Positions 21,331 to 29,672 of a DNA stretch of 64,000 bases are shown piece by piece. The notes beneath the pieces were generated by a model, which saw only the letters and a list, made by a program, of their open reading frames with translations, made no database searches and had not been told where the DNA came from. Where the stretch lies: positions 1 to 64,000 of the forward strand of contig JAYZAY010000061.1 in the NCBI GenBank assembly GCA_036339465.1, in the 5' to 3' direction. Numbering within the stretch: the first letter of the stretch is position 1; each line of letters starts with the position of its first letter. The position numbers and the translations under genes were made by a program. This stretch comes from Myxococcota bacterium (GTDB lineage Bacteria; Myxococcota; XYA12-FULL-58-9; JABJBS01).

Positions 21331-24211
21331 ATTCAACGTAATCAGACAAGGGCGGACAGCTACACACTAAGTTCCGGTCACCATAAACATTGTCAATTCG
21401 ACCAACGGCTGGCCAAAACTTATGTTCCGTCGCCCATCCCCCCGGATACACAGCTTGTTGTCGAGAATAAGGATGATTCCACTCATCAACTGTAAGGCAA
21501 CGCGCAGTATGGGGTGCATTCTTGAGAACATTGTTCCCCACATCCACTTTTCCATCAACAACATCCTGGATCTCAGTCCGGATCGCCAAAAGTGCTTCAC
21601 AGAATCTATCTAGCTCACGTTTTGATTCACTCTCAGTAGGCTCAACCATCATTGTGCCCGCAACAGGCCAGGAAATCGTCGGAGCATGGAAGCCGTAGTC
21701 CATCAATCTTTTCGCGATATCCTCAACTTCAACGCCTGCGGATTTATATTGTCGCAAATCCACAATAAATTCATGAGCAACCAAACCCTCATTTCCCGTA
21801 AACAAAATCTCATAGTCGCCTTCGAGCTTCTTCGCCATGTAGTTAGCGTTTAGAATCGCAACTTGGGAGGCTTTCTTTAGCCCGGTCCAGCCGAGCATCA
21901 TGATATATGCCCAAGAAATAGGTAGAATAGCTGGGCTACCCCATGGAGCAGCGGATACCGCTCCCATGGCCTGCTCACCGCCAACTTTCTGCATGGGGTG
22001 ACCCGGTAAAAACGGTCTCAGGTGTTGCGCAACGGCAATCGGTCCCATCCCGGGACCGCCTCCTCCATGGGGAATACAGAACGTTTTGTGTAAATTAAGG
22101 TGACAAACGTCTGCGCCATAATCACCTGGGCGACACAATCCAACCTGCGCATTCAAATTGGCACCATCTAGATACACTTGCCCCCCATTCGCATGTATCG
22201 TTTCACAAATTTCGCGAATATGGGTTTCAAAGACCCCATGGGTCGATGGATATGTTATCATCGCTGCCGCGAGATTTTCAGAATGCTTCTCTGCCTTAGT
22301 CTGAAGATCCACCATGTCAATATTACCATCATCATCACACTTAACGACAACAACCTTCATCCCTGCCATCATCGCACTTGCCGGGTTCGTCCCATGGGCC
22401 GATTCCGGAATGATACAGACGTTGCGATACTCCTCCCCTCGACCACTATGATAAGCTTGAATCACCAGCATTCCCGCATACTCACCTTGCGAGCCTGCAT
22501 TGGGCTGTAGCGCAACACCTGGTAATCCCGTGATCGTCGCCAACGATTCCTCAAGCTCTTCAAAAAGAAGATCATAACCTTTCGCTTGATCCCGAGGCAC
22601 ACACGGGTGAAGGTTGGCAAATTCGGGCCAGGTAACCCCCAACATTTCCGTGGTCGCGTTCAACTTCATTGTGCACGAACCCAACGGAATCATGGAATTT
22701 GCCAGCGATAAGTCCTTGCTTTGTAGTCGGTTCAGATACCGTAAAAACTCAGTCTCGGAATGATAATGGCCAAATACTTCCTGAGACAGGAAACCATCTG
22801 TACGACAAATTGACGATGATAATGGTTCCACTGTCGATTCTGGCGGACAACCTTTATCATCCCGACCAGCCATGGTCGAAAATAGATGGCTCAAACGGGT
22901 TAGTTCGCCCTCATCGGTTTTTTCATCCAATGTAATTCCGAAACTCCCCTCATCCAGCCTTCTTAAATTAAACCCGGCCTTTAAAGCAGCGGATATGACA
23001 TCCGATACCTTCGTGCCTGCAATAGGCTCCACCGCCAATGTATCAAAGTATTCCACATTGCAAACCTTGAAGCCCAATCCCGCGAGAAGGCCTCTTAACC
23101 GGCCCGTATAAGACCGCACGGTATTCGCAATATTCTTTAACCGATCTGGGCCGTGATATACCGCATACATAGAAGCCATGATCGCCAATAGTACCTGAGC
23201 AGTACAAATATTGCTGGTGGCTTTCTCTCTTCGAATATGTTGCTCGCGTGTTTGCAATGCCAAGCGCAAGGCTGGTCGACCAAATCGGTCTAAGGATTCA
23301 CCCACAATACGTCCGGGTAGATTCCGTTTGAAACTATCTTTTGCAGCCATAAAGGCGGCATGAGGCCCCCCGTACCCAAGTGGGACACCAAAACGCTGGG
23401 AGTTACCAACAGCGATATCCGCCCCCCATTTTCCTGGGGCTTCAAGGATCGTTAGCGCCAACAGATCTGTCGCAGCAATAACATAGGTCCCCTTGTCGGA
23501 CGCGCCCTTGGCCAGGTCACGATAATCAAGAATCTCACCCCTCGTATCGGGATACTGGAGGACAATGGCCGTGTAATCAGCCTCTAGATCTAGTTGACCA
23601 AGCTCACCAACCGTTAATTCGTACCCCAAAGGTTGGGCCCGGGTTTTCATCACCGCAAGTGTCTGGGGATGCAGCCTATTCGACAGAAAAAATCGGTGGG
23701 TTTTCGCGCTGCGGTTCATCCGAGTGCAAACCATCATGGCTTCGGCGGCTGCGGTGGCCTCATCAAGCATAGAACCATTCGCAATTTCGAGGCCCGTTAA
23801 TTCACAAACCATGGTCTGAAAATTAAATAGCGCTTCCAAACGGCCTTGTGCAATCTCCGCTTGATAGGGAGTATACTGGGTGTACCAACCTGGATTCTCT
23901 AAAATGTTGCGCTGAATAACCGCCGGAGTATTCGTATCATAATACCCCTGTCCCAAGAGGGAACGAACCAGTGTATTCTCTTTTGCGATTTTCCCTAATC
24001 GCTCAATAACCGTTTGTTCTGTTTCGGGCTCCCGAAGTGAATACCCATCAGCTACCCGAATTGAATCCGGAACCACTGCCGCCGACAATTCATCCAAAGT
24101 TTCGTAACCAATCGTATCCAACATAGATTGAATATCTTTTTGATTAGGGCCAAGATGCCGTTCTAAGAAAGGAATTCCATCAACAATCGTAGTACAACCT
24201 CGTTCCGCCAT
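21329..24211 (-). CDS. gcvP: Glycine dehydrogenase (decarboxylating), single-chain P protein
   Basis: [61 protein letters not shown]. Confidence 0.97.
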   Translation of the reverse strand: MAERGCTTIVDGIPFLERHLGPNQKDIQSMLDTIGYETLDELSAAVVPDSIRVADGYSLREPETEQTVIERLGKIAKENTLVRSLLGQGYYDTNTPAVIQRNILENPGWYTQYTPYQAEIAQGRLEALFNFQTMVCELTGLEIANGSMLDEATAAAEAMMVCTRMNRSAKTHRFFLSNRLHPQTLAVMKTRAQPLGYELTVGELGQLDLEADYTAIVLQYPDTRGEILDYRDLAKGASDKGTYVIAATDLLALTILEAPGKWGADIAVGNSQRFGVPLGYGGPHAAFMAAKDSFKRNLPGRIVGESLDRFGRPALRLALQTREQHIRREKATSNICTAQVLLAIMASMYAVYHGPDRLKNIANTVRSYTGRLRGLLAGLGFKVCNVEYFDTLAVEPIAGTKVSDVISAALKAGFNLRRLDEGSFGITLDEKTDEGELTRLSHLFSTMAGRDDKGCPPESTVEPLSSSICRTDGFLSQEVFGHYHSETEFLRYLNRLQSKDLSLANSMIPLGSCTMKLNATTEMLGVTWPEFANLHPCVPRDQAKGYDLLFEELEESLATITGLPGVALQPNAGSQGEYAGMLVIQAYHSGRGEEYRNVCIIPESAHGTNPASAMMAGMKVVVVKCDDDGNIDMVDLQTKAEKHSENLAAAMITYPSTHGVFETHIREICETIHANGGQVYLDGANLNAQVGLCRPGDYGADVCHLNLHKTFCIPHGGGGPGMGPIAVAQHLRPFLPGHPMQKVGGEQAMGAVSAAPWGSPAILPISWAYIMMLGWTGLKKASQVAILNANYMAKKLEGDYEILFTGNEGLVAHEFIVDLRQYKSAGVEVEDIAKRLMDYGFHAPTISWPVAGTMMVEPTESESKRELDRFCEALLAIRTEIQDVVDGKVDVGNNVLKNAPHTARCLTVDEWNHPYSRQQAVYPGGWATEHKFWPAVGRIDNVYGDRNLVCSCPPLSDYVE

Positions 24212-24439
24212 TAGACCGTCCTTTGATACGAGAATATAGACCCTCTGTGGGTACCTGCGTCAGAGAACCTAAAAGCCACTAACATAGGCCGTGGTCAGAA
24301 TCAATCGAGCTCGGAAACCGCCACAGGCCCGTCGAGTGCTTGATGTTAATTTGGTTAAGGAGTCTTGGTTCAATCCGGGAGGGAAAAGAAAAAAAGATTC
24401 ACACTGAAAAGATTCACGCTAAGAACAGGAAACTTGCGT

Positions 24440-25035
24440 GTTAGTTTTTCTCCAAACAAATTCTCTCACATAAAAGAGACCTCGTCGCTCCTACGGGTTT
24501 GGTTACCCGCACTCTCTGCTGGTTATTCGCATCTCTTTTGCCCCATGCTACTCGCGCGGATTACGCCGACCGATACGTGTGGAGAGAGCTCCACGGGTAT
24601 TGGCTCTGAGTTAATTTCTAGACCTGCCCCGGTGTTCCTAATCAGGACGTTTATTTATCAGTATTTGGAGCACTTCGTCCCAAAAAGGTCACACGTGTGT
24701 TCAGGCCTTGGGGGGCTCGTGGCTGAGCGTCGCTGATGACAACTCAAGCGGACACATTACCTTCGATGGTCAAACCAGTCATGGTAGCGCCCATGGAACA
24801 GAACCAAGCCAGCACATGATGAACACATGGTTGATGGCGCAGGTTTCACGTTGGCCCAGGGGAGAAGCGATAAAAAATTCAGTAAGATTAGAGCAATTCC
24901 TGAGTTGCTCAAGTTGCTGGATATTCGTCGGGCGTGGTGACTGGATGCCGTGAGATGTCAGCGCGCAATCGAAGAAAAAATGATGGACGTGGTTGGGGCT
25001 ATTTTTCGCAGGTGAAGGGTCACCAACTACAAATC
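24440..25035 (+). pseudogene. Degraded ISAs1-family (H-repeat) transposase fragment
   Basis: Frameshifted blocks read by hand: RPRRSYG.GYP..LLVI; FLDLP/GVPNQDVYLSVFGAL; HITFDGQTSHGS..HMMNTW; GFTLAQ...IRAIPELLKLLDI; LDAVRCQRAI; YFSQVKGHQ. The order matches the ISAs1 consensus (DPR, PSHD, IDGKTLRGS, NEITAIPELL, DAMGCQ, KGNQ). Confidence 0.8.
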
Positions 25036-26574
25036 TTAAACAATTCGGAAATGTTCACTCAGCGTACAACGTCGAGCACGCGAAAAATCACGCGCGGTGG
25101 TAAGACCCTCACCGGTTGGACTGGCGATAGTGAAAGAGGTATAGCCTTCTCCTCCAAGCCCCAAACCAGCATAAAAAGGCGCATTCTTAATAAAAATAGA
25201 GGTATTAATCAGTCGAGCCATCATGTGAAGATGGTCTATATTTTTTGACCACATCCCTGCCGTATGACCGTTACCATGCTCACATCGAACCGCCATCTCA
25301 ATAGCCTCTCGTGCACTCGACACTCGAACCAATCCGGTCACAGGCATCAGAAGCTCCGATTGGATAAATGGGTGATTTTCAGGAACCTCGGCATAGGCAA
25401 TAAGCGTTCCCTGGGGGGCCCGAATTCCAACTTTTCCGAGAATTTTTTGGATATCCTGCCCAACCCACTCCTTCACCGCGTGGCCCTCGTGAACCACCAA
25501 TTTTTCAACCTTCGCTACTTCAAGAGGAGAAAGCTCGTAAGCACCGTTTCGATTTAGACTTTGCTTCAAATCATCGGCAATTGTCGCAACTGCGATGATT
25601 TCCTTCTCAGCGGTACAAACAATATTGTTGTCCAAGGCAACACCTTTAACAATACCAGCCCCGGCCGCTTCAATATCGGCCGTCTCATCAACAACAACGG
25701 GAGGATTTCCAGGACCACCAGCAATACACTTTTTCCCAGACACCAAAGCAGCCTTAACAACACCTGGTCCCCCAGTGACCACCAGAAGGCGAATCCCAGG
25801 ATGAGTCATAAGTTGCTGTGCTGATTCAATCGTCGGTTCAGCTGTACAACACAGCAGATTGGCCGGACCACCAGCCCGAACAATAGCGTCATTGATAATC
25901 TGAACCGTGTATACACTGACCCGTTTCGCTGAAGGGTGCGCATTGAACACCACCGCATTGCCTGCGGCGATCATTCCAAGCCCATTACAAATTATGGTCT
26001 CACTAGGATTCGTCGTGGGCGTGATTGCTCCAATAACACCGTAGGGAGCATATTCTTCAAGAGTGAGACCATCGTCACCACTTTTTGCCCAGGGCTCCAG
26101 GATTTCCGGACCGGGGGTCTTATCAATGACCAACCGGTTCTTTATTTGCTTCTGGTCAAACCGTCCCAAACCGGTCTCATCGACCGCCAGACGAGCTAAC
26201 TCATCCACATGTTTTCGGCATTCGCGACGAATTTCATCCACAATCCGGTAACGGGCTCCCAAGCCAAGCCCCGAATAGCTCACAAAAGCCTCTCGAGCCG
26301 CAACGACAGCAGAATCTATATCAGAGAAAACTCCCCTACCAAGTTCTCCCCGACCATAATTTTGCCGCCGATTCGCAGAGTCCCCGGAGCGGGGACCACA
26401 ACCATGGGGAGGATTTACCTGAGCGGGTGTGACCGACGATACAAGAGAACTTACCTGAGTGGGTGTGGCCGGCGATACAGAACGCCTTCCTAAGTTTCCA
26501 ATACCGCCCTGATCGAGTCGTGAAACAACCCGCTCCACAATGGACGCAATCTTATCTTCAGACATGTACGGCAT
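25036..26574 (-). CDS. BMC-associated CoA-acylating aldehyde dehydrogenase (EutE/PduP-like) with N-terminal encapsulation peptide
   Basis: N-terminal amphipathic SEDKIASIVERVVSRL plus low-complexity linker; PTTNPSET, TGGPGVV, GNPP, catalytic NNIVCTAEKE, TIASPTGEG. Confidence 0.92.
   Translation of the reverse strand: MPYMSEDKIASIVERVVSRLDQGGIGNLGRRSVSPATPTQVSSLVSSVTPAQVNPPHGCGPRSGDSANRRQNYGRGELGRGVFSDIDSAVVAAREAFVSYSGLGLGARYRIVDEIRRECRKHVDELARLAVDETGLGRFDQKQIKNRLVIDKTPGPEILEPWAKSGDDGLTLEEYAPYGVIGAITPTTNPSETIICNGLGMIAAGNAVVFNAHPSAKRVSVYTVQIINDAIVRAGGPANLLCCTAEPTIESAQQLMTHPGIRLLVVTGGPGVVKAALVSGKKCIAGGPGNPPVVVDETADIEAAGAGIVKGVALDNNIVCTAEKEIIAVATIADDLKQSLNRNGAYELSPLEVAKVEKLVVHEGHAVKEWVGQDIQKILGKVGIRAPQGTLIAYAEVPENHPFIQSELLMPVTGLVRVSSAREAIEMAVRCEHGNGHTAGMWSKNIDHLHMMARLINTSIFIKNAPFYAGLGLGGEGYTSFTIASPTGEGLTTARDFSRARRCTLSEHFRIV
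26415..26479. repeat. Imperfect 36-bp tandem duplication in the AldDH linker
   Basis: ttacctgagcgggtgtgaccgacgataca (26415) and ttacctgagtgggtgtggccggcgataca (26451); encode VSPATPTQV / VSSVTPAQV. Confidence 0.8.
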
Positions 26575-26632
26575 GCCCTTAGGACTCCCTTTTAAACAAC
26601 TCTAATGATCACAAAATCGAAATCAAAAGACA

Positions 26633-26932
26633 TCAACCATCGCCATCTTTACGATATGCTAACGCCCCGTTCTCCTCGACTAAATCAACTATCGCCATAA
26701 CAGTCGCATCCACTGGACGATTCTCTGTCACTTTCGTTTGACGTGCTGAACTTCCAGAGGCATACATAACAACGTCCCCTAGACCAGAACCCACCGCATC
26801 AACCGCAACCACATACTTTCCAGTACCGGTCCCATTCGGCGACACCGCTTCAGCCAAAAGAAACTTGAGCCCTTCCAACTCCTCTTCCTTTTGACTCGCC
26901 ACGACAGTTCCAACGACTCGAGCTAATAGCAA
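26633..26932 (-). CDS. BMC-P vertex pentamer (EutN/CcmL family)
   Basis: [41 protein letters not shown]. Confidence 0.95.
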   Translation of the reverse strand: MLLARVVGTVVASQKEEELEGLKFLLAEAVSPNGTGTGKYVVAVDAVGSGLGDVVMYASGSSARQTKVTENRPVDATVMAIVDLVEENGALAYRKDGDG

Positions 26933-26935
26933 GGA

Positions 26936-27229
26936 TTACTCTCCCGCGTTTGTATTACGCCCTAAGGGCAAAACACCGTCGATATTTTCATGGGGACGTG
27001 GAATGACATGAATGCTAATGAGCTCTCCAACCCGTTCAGCAGCCCGCCCACCTGCATCCGTTGCCGCTTTTACAGCCGCAACATCGCCACGAACAATAGC
27101 AGTCACAAAACCACCACCGATCTTCTCATAGCCAACCAGCTCTACCCGAGCTGCCTTTACCATTGCGTCGGAAGCTTCCACCATTCCGACAAAACCACGT
27201 GTTTCAATCATCCCTAATGCATCAGCCAT
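26936..27229 (-). CDS. BMC-H shell hexamer (EutM/PduA/CcmK family)
   Basis: [34 protein letters not shown]. Confidence 0.97.
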   Translation of the reverse strand: MADALGMIETRGFVGMVEASDAMVKAARVELVGYEKIGGGFVTAIVRGDVAAVKAATDAGGRAAERVGELISIHVIPRPHENIDGVLPLGRNTNAGE

Positions 27230-27274
27230 CACAAAACCTCTCTATATAGCAGTCTTAATTCGACACAACTCAAA

Positions 27275-27904
27275 CTATCTTTTTGGTAACGGTTGCCCAG
27301 TGATCGAATTCAATGCGGAATTTGCTGCCTCCGCAGCCGCATCAATCTCCGCTTCAGCCCCCCCCATATACAAGCGACCAAATGCCCCAAAACTTTGACA
27401 TTCCAACAACCGAACATTCGCAGCTTTTTCGGCCTCATTCGCAGCCAAAGAGATATAGGCTGCAGGTTCCGATTCAATGATCAATAACGACTCACCTGGT
27501 GTAATCATCGATCCATATCGAATCTTGTTTACACACTGAGCATGGTCGGGTTCGATCGACCTGATGATCTCGTTTGTCACAATCCTTGGCTGCAATCGGT
27601 CCTGCTCCTTGTACCCTAATGCATCAAGGATAGCCTCACCAGCAGCCAACACCTCACCTTTATCGTGACTGTGAAGCATCACCATCCCAAATGCTCGCTC
27701 CACAACGATAGTAGCGGGGTGAACTTGAGTCCCCTTTAATGCTCGGTCAAGAAGCTTATGGATGGCCATACCTGGCGCAATTTCGATATAAAGAGCCGCC
27801 TCGTAAGGAACGGGCCAAAATCCACGACACGTCGAACAGACGTGAGCCGTTAGCTGAGGTTGAAGAGAATCAAGGAAAACATATGTTCTCAGAGATACAC
27901 CCAT
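27275..27904 (-). CDS. BMC-T tandem-domain shell protein, stacking (CcmP/CsoS1D/HO BMC-T2-like) class
   Basis: LRTYVFLDSLQPQ, EIAPG, VVERAFG, PAAY..LAANEAEKAANV, GAFGRLY. Confidence 0.92.
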   Translation of the reverse strand: MGVSLRTYVFLDSLQPQLTAHVCSTCRGFWPVPYEAALYIEIAPGMAIHKLLDRALKGTQVHPATIVVERAFGMVMLHSHDKGEVLAAGEAILDALGYKEQDRLQPRIVTNEIIRSIEPDHAQCVNKIRYGSMITPGESLLIIESEPAAYISLAANEAEKAANVRLLECQSFGAFGRLYMGGAEAEIDAAAEAANSALNSITGQPLPKR

Positions 27905-28126
27905 TCTTATTTCCTATTACTAATTGTCCGTTACTTGCTGCCCGATTCGCAATAACAGGGACCAGGTGGCCGGCGTATAACGCAGGCCATAGCCAACTAC
28001 AACCCGTTACGGGGTAATATTTAGCGAAAAGCCCCCGGTTGATTACATTCGGAAAACACACCATTGCCTAACAATATTGTGTGTCGTACAAGCCTCTTAG
28101 ACTGAAAGACTGGGGGGGAATTAATA

Positions 28127-28945
28127 ATGCAAAAACTGTGTATCGTTTGGCTATCACTTGTTCTTTCCGTGGCGATGGGCGGCTGTGCAACAAGCCAAGT
28201 CGCGCAAAAAGCACCTGGGGATTCCATTCAAGTCAAGATTGAACCACAAGTTAAGGCCACCTATGAAAAATTGGTATTCTCAATTTCGTACTATGCCTCC
28301 GCTAAGGTCTTGAAACCATCAACCCTAACAACGGTAACCCTCACGTTCAACGAGGGGACAGAGAACGAATTTAGTACGAACTTAGCCGTCAACAAAATAA
28401 TCCCCAGTCAGGACACTCTAAAAGGTCTACTCAACGTTGAACGCTTGATTACACCCATTAGTTTCGAGCTACTTGAAAACGACGGCGTTAGGCGGTTCAC
28501 CGTTAATGCCGTGTTTAGTTTTGAAACCAATGGACAGACCACTACTTACAGTACCGCCGGTTACGGCGAGTACCTGCAACCTGTTCGACCTAGAATCACC
28601 GCCACCGCTAGTGCCGCCAGATTCGAAGGTAAATCGTACGAGTTGACAATCACGATTAATTTAGAGAATCCAAATCCCTTTCCCCTACAAATGGGCTCGT
28701 TGGACTATAAACTCGTTCTTGGAGACGCCGAGCTTCAGACCGGGAAATTATACGAAAACCTGAAGGTTTCGCCAGGCAGCATAGAAAAGTTTGACCTAAA
28801 TGAATCAATCAGCGCAGCCAGCCACGCGGAACTCTTAAGAACCTTGTCGGGCCAAAACAGCGTTCCATATCTAGTTCAAGCCATCATTAACATTGGCTCA
28901 TCCAGTTATCCCGCGGACATTAACGGAACCATGGATTTCAAATAA
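28127..28945 (+). CDS. Lipoprotein with LEA type-2 (WHy) domain
   Basis: Lipobox AMGGC; C-terminal INLENPNPFPL..GSLDYKL motif. Confidence 0.7.
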   Translation: MQKLCIVWLSLVLSVAMGGCATSQVAQKAPGDSIQVKIEPQVKATYEKLVFSISYYASAKVLKPSTLTTVTLTFNEGTENEFSTNLAVNKIIPSQDTLKGLLNVERLITPISFELLENDGVRRFTVNAVFSFETNGQTTTYSTAGYGEYLQPVRPRITATASAARFEGKSYELTITINLENPNPFPLQMGSLDYKLVLGDAELQTGKLYENLKVSPGSIEKFDLNESISAASHAELLRTLSGQNSVPYLVQAIINIGSSSYPADINGTMDFK

Positions 28946-28960
28946 AGCTCCGTGGCGGTA

Positions 28961-29158
28961 TTAAGGTCCGTCAATACTCGCCGGCTCGAAGAAGTCCGTA
29001 GAGCTTGGCATTTTCTTCAAGTCCGGTAACGCAACCTTCCACGCCCTCTGAATCAGCCAACTCAACGACCGATCTAGTCTGCGCGCTTCCTCTTGTAGTT
29101 CACTCAGCATCTCATGTGGAAAATAAAGAGCCTGGCGACAGGATTTTTCACCAGTCAC
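28961..29158 (-). CDS. TIGR04563-type small protein (RHH-like), copy 2
   Basis: RQALYFPHEML.ELQEEARRLDRSLSWLIQRAWKVA; GTG start overlaps the stop of copy 1. Confidence 0.85.
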   Translation of the reverse strand: MTGEKSCRQALYFPHEMLSELQEEARRLDRSLSWLIQRAWKVALPDLKKMPSSTDFFEPASIDGP

Positions 29159-29361
29159 CCTACGCTCCTATTTTCACTGCTGGCTTCTTCAGGCTCCCCA
29201 ACGTCATTCACCGACGGAAAACGCTTTATCTCAGAACGTGCAACCTTCCATGCTTGCTGCACAATCCAGGATAACGATCTATCCTGTCGGTTTGCTTCTA
29301 CCTGGATTTCTTTCAACATTGACTCGGGAAAATACAAGCTTTGCTTCCGCTTATCACTCAT
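29155..29361 (-). CDS. TIGR04563-type small protein (RHH-like), copy 1
   Basis: MSDKRKQSLYFPESMLKEIQVEANRQDRSLSWIVQQAWKVAR; GGAG upstream of ATG 29361. Confidence 0.88.
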   Translation of the reverse strand: MSDKRKQSLYFPESMLKEIQVEANRQDRSLSWIVQQAWKVARSEIKRFPSVNDVGEPEEASSENRSVG

Positions 29362-29672
29362 TTTATGCTGCTCCATCACTCGTAAATACAATACATCACC
29401 TACAGGGAAGTCTAGAAAACCTGGGAGTTCCCGTCAATCTTTGATGTCGTTACAATTGATTAAGGATCATATTGAGCACGCCAATGAAACCGACCAAAAG
29501 CACCGCAATCAAGATTCGCCTTACTCGTAGAACACAAAAAATTCGGATTATAGGGGCTCGATTGGGCCCAGTTTCGACGCGAAATTAGATATTTAAGAAC
29601 ATTTTTGTTACTCTGACACAATCACATACTCGTCACAATATTCTGGCTGTTCAGATAAACCAACCCATAGGC

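Noticed and set aside
24212..25035. Glycine riboswitch upstream of gcvP
   Set aside because: No properly arranged GGAGA...CCGAAG...CTCTCAGG aptamer found on the minus strand; most of the gap is the ISAs1 remnant.
24365..25248. Three short plus-strand ORFs as independent genes
   Set aside because: They are frameshifted pieces of the transposase pseudogene or run antisense into AldDH.
26415..26479. CRISPR-like repeat
   Set aside because: Only two adjacent imperfect copies, in frame within a CDS, with no spacers or cas genes.
7390..27904. Xanthine-utilising BMC formed by xdhABC plus the shell genes
   Set aside because: xdh is 13 kb away across unrelated operons, no encapsulation peptide was seen on the Xdh subunits, and the shell genes look HO-type.
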